Positions 1 to 11,629 of a DNA stretch of 64,000 nt are shown piece by piece (position 1 is the stretch's first letter; each line of letters begins with the position of its first letter). The notes beneath the pieces were generated by a model. That model was given only the letters and a program-made list of their open reading frames with translations, was not told where the DNA came from and ran no database searches. Both the position numbers and the translations under genes were made by a program. The DNA lies in the NCBI GenBank assembly GCA_951406725.2, contig OX597814.1, forward strand, positions 62,434,001-62,498,000, read 5' to 3'. The DNA is from Octopus vulgaris. Its lineage: Eukaryota.

Positions 1-444
1 AAGCTAATAACTCATTTCTTCTCTTCAGTATATCTATTTGATATTACTATAAAGCAATGGAAAACGATACTACCGCCACCAGCAGTAGCCGCAATAGCAA
101 AAAAAAAAAAAAAAAAAAAAAAAGATAGGAAAAAAGAAAAAGAGGGAAAGGTAGTGAGATCGGTGGGTGTATTTGTCAATGTAGAACGTGTCTAAGGCGC
201 CTCTATTTGATTTTGCTAGCCTAAAGAATGAACTTATCCTGAAAAGTTAATTGAATTTTAACGACTTGTTGGACGGAAAATTGTGTGCCATTATGTCAAG
301 TGTTAGAAAAAAATAACCCGAATTCTTATAAGATTGATTTCACTAAAACTTAGTTTTATGTTTTTCACATTTTTTCCCTTAACAATTCGGAGTAATAAAA
401 AAAAAAGTCATGCTTTTTAATTAAATTTTCTGCGAAAGAAAGGT

Positions 445-608
445 ATGTATGTATGCATGCATGCATGCGTGCAAGCACGTATGTATGTATGTATGTATGT
501 ATGTATGTATGTATGTATGTATGTATGTATGTATGTATGTATGTATGTGTATGCATGTAACTATTGATTTATATATATATTTAAATCTCTATATGTACAC
601 ACACATAC

Positions 609-653
<45 letters not shown>

Positions 654-699
654 GACTGTTTATGCATGTACATATATATATGATTGTATATATATGTAT

Positions 700-755
<56 letters not shown>

Positions 756-935
756 ATATATACACATACATACATATATGCATATGTATGTGTATATATG
801 TCTGAATATATGTATAGATGTGTGTATGTGTATGTATGTGTGTGTATGCGTGTGTATGTTTATGTGCGTGTGTATAGTGTGATGTGTGTATATACGCGCA
901 TGTGTGTATGTTAGTGCATGTCTTTGTGTGTGTAA
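445..935. repeat. Compound microsatellite (ATGT)n/(TA)n/(TG)n
   Basis: Simple repeats read directly; they explain all ORFs at 365-945. Confidence 0.95.
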
Positions 936-1949
936 TGTAGAACATTCATAAATGCATTACTCCAATATTCTTTTTATATCGAAATTAGTTCCAACTATTG
1001 ACAGACGCCATTATAAAGGTAATTTTTCTTTGGGGAATGCATGCAAGAAAAAAAAGTGAAAAAATATTTTTTCTACTGAAGACATAAAGTAAATAATGTT
1101 ATTGCCAAGAGAGAAACTAATGAAACGATTGCGTAAGATAATTGATCGAAACTTATCGATCCGTATATTTACTTTCTTCCTGTTTTTCGGTCATTCGTTT
1201 TTCTTTCATTATAGCCATTCTGCTGGATCTCCTCCGACCAAGTTATCTGTATATAGAAACGTGAATTTTCCGTGTGTCCGCTTTTTATTCAGTATCCAGA
1301 AAACGGACGTACATACAAAATTGTACGGTTAATACTTAGTAAGAAACCGATTGGTAATATTACATAACACTGTATATATTATAATTACACGTCTCACAGG
1401 GAAGGGTTGTATGATACTTATCTTGATGTGTAAACAGCAATGGGACATTTTTTAAAATTACGTAATCTTATCGAAAAAATCTGACCATTTTGTCATTCAA
1501 CTATTTTTCTTTCTCAGTTCCCAAGAAGAAGAGAAAGGATAAAAGAAGGGAAATGTGTAGGATACGAGAGAAAATCAAAGAGAAAGTGGATTAGAGAGAT
1601 ACAGAATAAGAGATACGTGTGAGAGAGAAATCGATTGAAAGTGTGTGAGAGAGAGAGTGGGGAGAGGAGTGGTAATTTTGATAATGAGAGAGTTACTGAC
1701 ACGTAGATAAACAGATAGAAAAAGAAGGAAAATATGCTTTCAATCTAGTAGTGTATTCTGGGACCATTGTTGGAGATTCTTGATCACCTAGAATTAATAA
1801 CCAAATCACATCACTGTAGTTTTTGTATAGACAAAATGTTTATTATGTTACAACGCAGTTCATGTGGTAGCATGGCTATCAAATCTATAGATATATTCTA
1901 TCATGAACATCATCTAGTCGAGCTTGCTCAGGCATTTTTAACCTGCACA

Positions 1950-3360
1950 CTCAATCCAGCCCGGGCCTGCATAATGAGAGATCTTCGGGGAGGCATCCAG
2001 TGTCTCTGGTGAGTTGATCTACATCCATAGTTTTCGGACGACCTGCTCGAGTGCGACCATACTTCGGCATCCATAGCAGTAGGTCATTTGTCAGCTCTTG
2101 TTTAGTTCACCAGCAATTTCCCGCAAAGTGTAAGTACTTTCCCCTTATATTGGTGGAAACAGGCTAGGGATTTCCATCCAGCTGTTTCTTGGTGGGATAA
2201 GTCCTCCAAGATATGTTTAAAACCGCTCTTAGGATTTGGGTGTAAGTTCCATCTAGCTTGGATTCCAGTTGTTTTGGTAAGCGTTCAGGCTGTTGCTCCA
2301 TATAAAAGGACTGACTCTCCTATTGCATGGAAAGATTCCTCTTAAGGTTATCCGACAGGGTTGATTTCCAGACGACATTCAGTTTGTTTAGAGCCGATCA
2401 TGTTTTGACTGCCCGAGTTTCTACATCCTTTTTAGTTGAGACTATCTCAGACCCTAAATACGTGAAATCATCAACTGATGTTGGTGATGGATTCGCGTTG
2501 AGTGTGAGCAACAAATTTGGTTTTACTAGATGTAGTCCAACATCATGTGCAGCTAATTCTAGACAATGAAGTAATTGGATGGAGTTTGATATTGCGTCAG
2601 AGAGCAAGGCTAAATCATCAGCATAGTTTACATTGGTTATTTTTTGAGCAGGATGCCCGATCGATCTTCTTTTCGTGAGTGTGAAATCGAGGCTGTTTAG
2701 ATTGTCAAGTGATGTCCTGAGGGCATAGGCCAGAGTGATCACAAAGGCGCCAATGTGTACCCCTGGAGTACTCCGGCTCTGATAACAGAGATACTTGTAT
2801 CTCCATCTGGGTATCGTGCCATTCATTTGGTGTTGTTATAGAGCATCTGCTTATTTCATTTACTGCCAGTCAGGCTAGTGATGTCTAATTGTTTTCAGCA
2901 GTGTATTTGATTAGATTTATTATACTTTGGATGTAGTTTTGTTGTTGTAATTGATATAAGTCGAATAGTTCTTTCTGTTGCTTTTTGAAATTAGTTTCAT
3001 TTGAGGTGATTAGATGTATAATTTCAGCTTGAGTCTCTTCTTTGAGGTTGTTTATCTGGTTTTTTATCTCTTGGTCATCCCAGGGGAGACGTTTATTAGT
3101 CTTTTGATTTTATGGGTATGATCTCTTTTGCAATTTATGTGTGAGACGCTATAAAATAATTGTATGCTGTGTTGGAGGAGTTTTCTTCATTTTCATTTGT
3201 TGTATGGTGTATTGATTGCGGATTTCTCTGTTGTTGATTAAAACTGATCAGTAATATGCGGGCCTAGAAGCTGATTTGGTTTTCCTAGCTCTGAGGCTAA
3301 GGCGAAATTTTGATGTGATAGTTTTGTAGTCGTTGTTTATTAACTTGTAATCTAGTTGGG
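1950..3360 (-). mobile_element. Degraded RTE-clade LINE (RT and C-terminal region)
   Basis: The minus ORF 2398-2826 has the RT motif NYADDLALL and FTYLGS. Downstream frames read LLLWMPKYGRTRAGRPKT..DQL.RDTG, a typical RTE C-terminus. Many stops and frameshifts. Confidence 0.8.
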
Positions 3361-4654
3361 CATTTCCCTCCGCTACAAATTTGTAGCGGAGGGAATATAG
3401 TTAATTAAATTGGATCCAGCATAATTACTAGTTTTATAGAGCAATTGGTGAGATAAGAGAAAGTCTGCACCGGTCAGATTTTGAATAAGAATGTAAGATG
3501 ATGTAAAAGAACACTGCAAGATTCTTAATCCGGTCTAGAAAAAAGTTATTTCTCTAATTCCGTCGGTGGTTGAGAGCCTAAAAGTATCGATTTTTAGGCC
3601 ACAGTTCACAAACTTTGTTCATGATGCATTAAATCGATTTAATGAACTTGATTGTAATTATTAATCGATTCTGAATGATTAAAAGGTAAGTTGACCTCGT
3701 AGAATTATGTAATACAATACAGAGAGATATTTACTTCAATAACACCACGCTTTTTGCAAATATAAAATTATGCATGGCAAATATTTCATAACTGCACAAG
3801 AAAGAATGAAAAAGAGTTGAGTCTATGGAAAAATTTAAAATATCTTATAAGGCGTTGGGCGACGATATAAGTTTTCAATATTAATTATAATTAACATATA
3901 TGTAGATTATATCGTCAGCAGAAAATGTCCGTCGGGAATTTTCGTATTTTTATTTCAAAATATATTTGTTTTTAAGATGTATTTTTAAAACTAATTCAAC
4001 AAAGACGGAGATGGAGTAAACGAAAGGCTTTAGCGGCCATCTTAGGCTAGAGAGACTGAAGTAGTCAATGTTTTGTAGACCATCGAGTGCAGGGGGAAAA
4101 AAGTGAGTATTTCAAAGGGTTACAATCCGGGAAGGAAGGTTTGCGAAATGAAAATATAGTGAAAAGACGATGAAAGGAAGAACGATAGAAGAGCTTGATA
4201 GATTCGAGAAACTGAGACTGATAACTAATGGGAGAAGTGGTGAACAGAGGAGACAGCATGTTTGTGAACCAATGATTATAGAGAACTCAGATATATGAAA
4301 ACTACTCTAATGTTGGGGATACTCGAGCATTGTTGGACGAAAGTGCTAAAATATTCTTTTGATTCAGCAGATGAATCCTACGTTTTGGGGGTAAATTATA
4401 CATGTCCTTCCTCCTCAGCACCATTAGATTGCCGAACGAACACCGATGGCTCCTTTGAGCAGCTCTTATGTCCTTGCCATAGAATTTTCGTGGAAAACTA
4501 TAAAGGTGATTCTCCGTTACATTCATTTCAGTTATTTCACACGAGAAACCATCGTATTAGCTAAAACAGATGCATTTACCCAGCTTACTTCGGTATTCAC
4601 AAAGTAAAGAGATGAATACGCCAAGGTTCTCATAATTTTTTCAGTCTACCGTCC

Positions 4655-4800
4655 TGGGCTGGTACTTTATATTATCGATACCGAAATCATGAAAAAGAAA
4701 GTTGATCTCGGCCGGTTTTAAAATTACAACGTAAAGAATCGGAACAAATAGTGCAAGATATTCTGCTTGACACGCAAAAAATTATGCAGACCACCGCCAT
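4655..4800 (-). mobile_element. Degenerate tRNA-derived SINE (Nin-domain-like family A)
   Basis: ctggtacttt..atcgataccgaaatcatgaaa..aagttgatctcggc resembles the better copies at 13071-13623 and 60349-60543. Confidence 0.65.
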
Positions 4801-4844
4801 GTTATTTTGTTTGTAAGTATGAGAACGTATGTATATACATATAC

Positions 4845-4963
<119 letters not shown>

Positions 4964-4974
4964 ATATCTATCTA

Positions 4975-5042
<68 letters not shown>

Positions 5043-5045
<3 letters not shown>

Positions 5046-5335
5046 TAAAAGCAATTAAGATTCAAGTCAGTTCTAATGAATTCACTTGAATGCGGTACTT
5101 AACTTAGATGCACCAGAAAACTATATGGTATTAACCATACAATAATGTGGGGTGATTATAAACGAGAAAAAAAACAACAAGAATGGATTAGTTTTTTAGT
5201 ACAATTGTTTCATACAAAGACAGGCTTTATTAAAAGCTGCAAATATTGCAGCAAAATATTGCAGCTTTTAATAAAGCCTGTCTTTGTATGAAACAATTGT
5301 ACTAAAAACTAATCCATTCTTGTTGCTTTTTTCTC

Positions 5336-5342
<7 letters not shown>
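5043..5342. mobile_element. Fold-back insert in a (TA)n tract, probably head-to-head PLE 3' ends
   Basis: Inverted arms ~5157-5242 and ~5259-5342. The left side extends to 5043 and both ends abut (TA)n. Confidence 0.7.
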
Positions 5343-5389
<47 letters not shown>

Positions 5390-5713
5390 GTATACATTCA
5401 TATATACACATATATATATAGGCTGTATGGTAGGTTGACATTACAACCTACCATACAACTTAATTATCATTCAAGAGAATTCAGCTTTCTCAAGAAAGTT
5501 TTAACCTAATAGAGACTATATAAAGCGAAGATGATGACTTAGCTGACTGAAATTTCGAAGTCACTGTCAATACTATTCCTCATAAAGAATAATAAATTTT
5601 GTTCTCTACCGAATGTATTGAGTAATCCTTCAATTTAATAGAAAATTGTTATTATAACATAAAAACAGACATTAATGTGTATATATATATATATATATTC
5701 GATCTAATCTTAT

Positions 5714-5803
<90 letters not shown>

Positions 5804-5814
5804 TTCTAAGCAAA

Positions 5815-5854
5815 ACTGTTCGACGAACGGGAATGTGAAACTCTGAGTAACAGT
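5815..5854 (+). ncRNA. Minimal type I hammerhead ribozyme-like motif (variant core)
   Basis: ACTGT-TCGACGA-ACG GGAA TGT-GAAA-CTC T GAG-TA-ACAGT gives stem I ACTGT/ACAGT, stem II, GAAA, stem III and a GUA site. Sister copies lie at 45123-45208. Confidence 0.65.
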
Positions 5855-5959
5855 CTTTGTGATATTTTTGCTGCTTATTACTCTACCTCTGGTATTCGAG
5901 TACTTTTTTTCCACCTTGTTTTGCATTTATGTGCTCACCCCGGTATATATATATATATA

Positions 5960-7229
5960 CTGGGTTTGGACAAAATAATGGAATCACCTTAAAATTTCAA
6001 AGAAATTAATTTTAATATGGAGTAGGACCGCCTTTGGCGGCAGTAATTACAGCTTGAATTCTACGAGGTATGGACTTGCACAAAGTTTGAATTCTTTCCA
6101 GAGGAATTTTTGTCCATGCTTCAGCTAAAACAGTCTCCAGCTCTTGTAGTGATGATGGTGGAGGATATCCTTGTTTTTCTAAAATGCACCATAAATGTTC
6201 AATAATATTGAGATCTGGGGACTGTTGTGGCGAAATAAGATGTTCAACTTCACTAGAATGTTCTTCGTGCCACTCAGTAACAACTTTACCTGTGGGAATT
6301 GGTGAATTATTATCCTGAAAGATTGTGTTTCCCCCCGGAAACAGTTTCGCAACCATAGAATGAATTTGATCAGATAAAATACTTAAATAGTCTTGACTAT
6401 TAATTTTGCCATGAAGGAAAACCACTGGGCCGGCAGATTTCCAAGATATCGCCACCCCCCAGATCATCACAGATCCTCCTCCATGTTTAACAGTTGGAAG
6501 AAGGCAGTCTGGGTCAAATGCTTCTTTTGGCTGTTTCCACACCTATACTCGGCCGGTGGGCAGAAATAGGGTAAAGGATGACTCGTCCGAGAAAATAACA
6601 TTCTTCCACTGCTCTAGGGACCAATTCTGTAGGTTTTTACTCCACTCTAAACGCTTTGCAACGTTTGTTTTTGAAAGTAGTGGTTTTCTGATTGCAGCCC
6701 TCCCGTGAAATCCGGCTTTGTGCAGCACCCGGCGAACAGTTTTTGTGGAAACTAGGTTCTCGAGGTGGCTATTAAGCTCTGCAGTAATTTTGGGAACTGT
6801 ACTTTTCTGATCCTTTCTAACAAGTTGCGTAAGAGTCCGACGGTCCCTATCTGAAAGTTTTGGTTTTTTTCCGGATTTTTGTTTCGACGAGGAGGTTTTT
6901 CCCTCTTTCTCAAAGGCAGTCATTGCTTTTGAGACAGTACTTCTTGATACACCAAACATTTCAGCTGTTTTCGTTACGCTAGCGCCTGCCATAGAGCACC
7001 AATAATTTGACCTGTTTGAAAGTCCGTTAGATCTGTCATTTTAATGAATTCTAATTACCTTTTTCTGACGATATCTGGAAAGTAAGAGCAATTTTAGCAA
7101 AACATATTAAGCAACACTGATAATAAATCAAAAGAATATATAAATAAACAAGCTTTTGACGGTTTTATAGGTGTTTCAAAATTATGATGCTATGATGCTA
7201 GGTGTTTCCATTATTTTGCCCAACCCCTG
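5960..7229 (-). mobile_element. Full-length Tc1-family DNA transposon
   Basis: TIRs ctgggtttggacaaaataatggaatcacct / aggtgtttccattattttgcccaacccctg, with TA on both sides and a transposase inside. Confidence 0.95.
6012..7039 (-). pseudogene. Tc1 (DD34E-type) transposase with an in-frame stop at 6543-6545 and a 5' frameshift
   Basis: HTH AGASVTKTAEMFGVSRSTVS, VIFSDES, TVKHGGGSVMIWG, FQDNNSP, SPDLNIIEHLW and GGPTPY. The probable original ATG is at 7039. Confidence 0.93.
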
Positions 7230-7239
7230 TATATACATA

Positions 7240-7453
7240 CAGGGTTGGGCAAAAGTCACTTGACAGTAAATGAAAGCCGTTTAATTCCAAGATTTATTCT
7301 TGTTTAACAACTGAATGAATTTAATATAAGCGTCTAATATGAAAATTGTTCAAACTGAAGTCCTTCTTGAGCGACACATTCAAGTCAATACAGAATTACA
7401 GATAGTATTTATGGAATTTTGATTTACTGTCGGGTGACCTTTGGCCAACCATG
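7240..7453. mobile_element. Tc1/mariner-type MITE
   Basis: Imperfect TIRs cagggttgggcaaaagtcacttgacagtaaat / atttactgtcgggtgacctttggccaaccatg, TA flanks, no ORF. Confidence 0.85.
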
Positions 7454-7486
<33 letters not shown>

Positions 7487-7535
7487 TTACTTGGAAATAG
7501 ATGCATCACGTTCAATTAAATAGTAAATAATAAAT

Positions 7536-7608
<73 letters not shown>

Positions 7609-7858
7609 TATACATATATGGGTACAGGACGTCACCAACGGTGCAAATAACATAAAATACGTGAGCAAATGAGAGAAAAACGAGTAAAATACGCAAAGAA
7701 GAAAAAATGTAAAACCAGAATGAGAGGAAAATAGTGAACACTGGGAGAAACATTTCTTTTGAAAAGTGAAACGATAGAAGAGAGAGAGAATAGCGCCCGT
7801 TCATTTAAACGTCCGAGCAGGAAAAAAAGATCGACGATGGTCACGTGTGAGCAACGAC

Positions 7859-7933
<75 letters not shown>

Positions 7934-8062
7934 AAACGGCGAAGGAGGGAGAAGAAAAAGAGAATTAGAGAAGGATGGAGGAAGAAAACAGCATAGAGTA
8001 GTGAGTGGCATCAAAAAGGTGAAGATAAATTTACTTGGAAATAGATGCATCGTGTTCGATTA

Positions 8063-8095
<33 letters not shown>

Positions 8096-8103
<8 letters not shown>

Positions 8104-8726
8104 ATGTTACATTACTCGGTAGTCAAGATAAAACTCTGAGTTTCAGATGCCGAAGTGGAAATCCACAACACCATCTCTTCGGTTATCTGGCTATTTGAAA
8201 ACGTTATGAAAAAATACCGTTAAAAATGAAGGGAAATTACTCTGTTGTAACTCTGCTTTGCCTGCGTACTTATACATCGCTCGCATTTTTCGTCATAAAA
8301 ATTATATAAAAATACATAAAAATATATAAAAATATATAAAAATATATAAAATCTTCTTGGGACATAACACAGAAAGCATGTTCTATCCGTTTTCTTTAGG
8401 GGACCAAAAACGTAACAGGAATTTAGTCACATGTGGGCATGATCCGAAAAGCTCTGTCCTTGTATTTAGACATGTGGTAGGGTCTAAGCTGCTTTTCCAG
8501 ATAAGCCATCTCTCCATGTCGCATAAACCGCACCTTCCGCTGCCGTTAGTATAGGGCTTACATCTGGCCAAAATCTTCCATTGTATGTTATAATCGACAC
8601 CTTTATCTCTTAAAGACCAAATATGATTGGATAATTGTGTCGCTTTTCTTTTGTTCCAGTGCCTAAAGCTCAAAGTGTGGTTATTGAACCTGGCCTTGAA
8701 ATTACCCTCTGTCAGGCCCACGTATT
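8096..8726 (-). repeat. 3' pseudo-LTR of the PLE
   Basis: ~630 bp, near-identical to 10685-11315 (one substitution noticed, ttgaa/ttaaa). It contains the ORF C-terminus and 3' UTR. Confidence 0.93.
8126..8188 (-). ncRNA. Hammerhead ribozyme-like motif in the 3' pLTR
   Basis: Sense strand reads AGATAA-CCGAAGA-GATG(gtgtt GTGG attt CCAC ttcgg)CATC-T-GAAA-CTC A GAG-TT-TTATCT. Confidence 0.65.
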
Positions 8727-10509
8727 TCTTCGTCGAAACGGTGTCTTTAGTGGTTATAGAGTTTACGGTAGCTTCATATATGATGGTCTTGGACATGCAA
8801 GCTCCATTTAGCGGGCACAATTCTTTATTCCTGCATGAACAGCTGTTTTCTTCTTGTGTTTTTTGTATGTTATGATTGAATATGTTTTTAAAATTGGTAG
8901 TTGAACTAAAACTAATTTTTAAATTGTGTCTATTGAAGAGTTTCCTATAAGCATAGTTAACTGGAAAATGTCTATCTATCAGTGCTAGGAAATATTTACC
9001 TATATTGAAGGCCACCTCGGGTGAGTAAGGGGGCGTAAACCAGATGACCTTCCTATTTCTATTATTCCTTTTCCTTATTGTTGGGCTGGTGATAGGTGTA
9101 TATTTTATTTTTTCGCTAAAACCACTATCTTTTAAAGCTTTATTATAAACTGGGGCAACGCTATTGAAGATGTCCTCATTAGATGAGAGGCTAGAAATCC
9201 TCTTACTAATATTTTTAACTAAATTTTTGAATACTATAGGGGGATGGCATGAACCTACATTAATATAACTTAGTCTATCATTGGGCTTCCTATAAGGCTT
9301 ATAAATATTATTATTAAGATCTAAGGAAACGTCTAAGAAATTGACAACCGTCAGGTTAGTGTCTATAGTTATACTAAGTCCGAAGTGTTTCATTAACTGG
9401 ATAATATCCTTCCTAAAACGATCTTGTGCTGGTCCATTTGTATTAGCTGTTAAGGCGAGGGCATCATCTTTGTAGATGGCGAAATGTACGTTAGGGAATG
9501 TCTTACCGAAGGTATCTAGGAGAAAGAGTCCAATTAGATCACAGATGCCTGCCCCATCATATGAACCCATGCTCACATCGAAAGCGCCCTCCGTGTCGGT
9601 GTTTTTTACCCACTTTGCATTCTCACTGAAAAGTAATGTCTTTCTAGCATGGAAGATTATATCCTTATCATTGGTACTAATTTCTATGAAGTCACTAGCG
9701 AAGATTAGGGCTTTATCTAGCAGTTCTTTAGAGATAGAGGCATAAAAATCAACAATATCGAATTGTGTAAACCTCGCTTTTTTCTTATTCTTAATAGCTT
9801 TAAACCAGTCTACGACTTCTATACTATTGGACCATTACACTAGCCTAGTATCGGTCTTAATTTTCGTATTTATTTTATCTAAAATTTCTTTGCTAATAAT
9901 CCCTAGTTCTGACTTGGCTGGGTTGATAAGCCTACATTTAGGGTTGGAAAGGAAGTTTTCTTTGTGGTCTTTAATAGTAATAAAGGCCTCTTTTTGGGGG
10001 AGGGTTTCTATTTTTTTATCTAATTTAAGTTTAGCGGCGATGACGCTAGCTTCTTTATTAATTTCGTTATATGTCTGTGCCCTAGCCTTAGTATAATTAT
10101 TAATGATGCTGTTGTGTAAGAGTTGTGTGTATTTGCTGTTATCTACCAGGTATAAGTTCTTGGTTTTATCCGAAAAAAGTGCTTTTTTCTTGGAGCTTTT
10201 TATATGATCAATATCTTTTTTCAATTTATGTTGGAAATTGTTAAAAGACTTACGAAACTTTATTTTGCTCATGATCTTCAGCAGGTCCGCTTCGAAATCT
10301 TCCAAGCCTTTAATCCTAGGAGGGAATTTTTTGGATTTTATCCGATAGCAAATGTTTTCCTTGGTGTTCGCTTCTGTGTCAAAAAAGAAAGCCTTCCATC
10401 TCATACGCTTAATTACATCAGTAATTTTTTGCAGAAGTTTCTTAGAGTAAAAATCCTTTGATGGGATCGGTATATTTTTCATAGAATAATCTATGTGATA
10501 TGCGTCCAT
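8383..10509 (-). pseudogene. PLE RT/GIY-YIG polyprotein, 709 codons, single premature TAA at 9835-9837
   Basis: The two track ORFs are in frame and bridged by WSNSIEVVDWFK..FTQFDIVDFYASI..FDVSMGSYDGA. Motifs include YKDDAL (RT), VNFLDV, CSCRNKELCPLNGAC, IIY..KYVG (GIY-YIG) and CGLC..CPH. Confidence 0.93.
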
Positions 10510-10684
10510 ATTAGATTCTTTTGTTTGTGAGAGTCCTCAACCGATGTTAGGCGATAATCCCAAAAAGGTCGTATTAGCTCTTAGTTGAGAATAACGTCGT
10601 CCGGGAGGTGATTTATTGATAAAACGGTAAGATAACAAAAGAAAGAAAGAGACCTCAATATTATGTAAATAGAGGAAATTTATC

Positions 10685-11315
10685 TATACAATATGTTACA
10701 TTACTCGGTAGTCAAGATAAAACTCTGAGTTTCAGATGCCGAAGTGGAAATCCACAACACCATCTCTTCGGTTATCTGGCTATTTGAAAACGTTATGAAA
10801 AAATACCGTTAAAAATGAAGGGAAATTACTCTGTTGTAACTCTGCTTTGCCTGCGTACTTATACATCGCTCGCATTTTTCGTCATAAAAATTATATAAAA
10901 ATACATAAAAATATATAAAAATATATAAAAATATATAAAATCTTCTTGGGACATAACACAGAAAGCATGTTCTATCCGTTTTCTTTAGGGGACCAAAAAC
11001 GTAACAGGAATTTAGTCACATGTGGGCATGATCCGAAAAGCTCTGTCCTTGTATTTAGACATGTGGTAGGGTCTAAGCTGCTTTTCCAGATAAGCCATCT
11101 CTCCATGTCGCATAAACCGCACCTTCCGCTGCCGTTAGTATAGGGCTTACATCTGGCCAAAATCTTCCATTGTATGTTATAATCGACACCTTTATCTCTT
11201 AAAGACCAAATATGATTGGATAATTGTGTCGCTTTTCTTTTGTTCCAGTGCCTAAAGCTCAAAGTGTGGTTATTGAACCTGGCCTTAAAATTACCCTCTG
11301 TCAGGCCCACGTATT
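10685..11315 (-). repeat. 5' pseudo-LTR of the PLE (partial tandem copy)
   Basis: Duplicates 8096-8726 and explains ORF 10972-11310 (EN C-terminus). Confidence 0.93.
10715..10777 (-). ncRNA. Hammerhead ribozyme-like motif in the 5' pLTR
   Basis: Identical to the 8126-8188 copy. Confidence 0.65.
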
Positions 11316-11629
11316 ATTTTTATATATTTTTATATATTTTTATGTATTTTTATATAATTTTTATGACGAAAAATGCGAGCGATGTATAAGTACGCAGGCA
11401 AAGCAGAGTTACAACAGAGTAATTTCCCTTCATTTTTAACGGTATTTTTTCATAACGTTTTCAAATAGCCAGATAACCGAAGAGATGGTGTTGTGGATTT
11501 CCACTTCGGCATCTGAAACTCAGAGTTTTATCTTGACTACCGAGTAATGTAACATATTGTATAGATAAATTTCCTCTATTTACATAATATTGAGGTCTCT
11601 TTCTTTCTTTTGTTATCTTACCGTTTTAT

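Noticed and set aside
365-945. ORFs rich in YI/HT/CV/RE/LS dipeptides here and throughout the window
   Set aside because: They are translations of stop-free microsatellites, not genes.
4000-4565. Possible CR1/L2-type LINE remnants (also 13640-14120 and 58380-58920)
   Set aside because: Only vague resemblance, with no diagnostic motif readable.
9835-9837. Possible recoding (selenocysteine) at the PLE internal stop
   Set aside because: The codon is TAA, not TGA; a CAA>TAA mutation is simpler.
10972-11310. Apparent standalone endonuclease ORF
   Set aside because: It is the duplicated ORF C-terminus inside the 5' pseudo-LTR.
8096-11315. LTR retrotransposon interpretation of the 630-bp direct repeats
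   Set aside because: The repeats include coding sequence, and there is no TG..CA, PBS, gag or integrase. The ORF is PLE RT + GIY-YIG.
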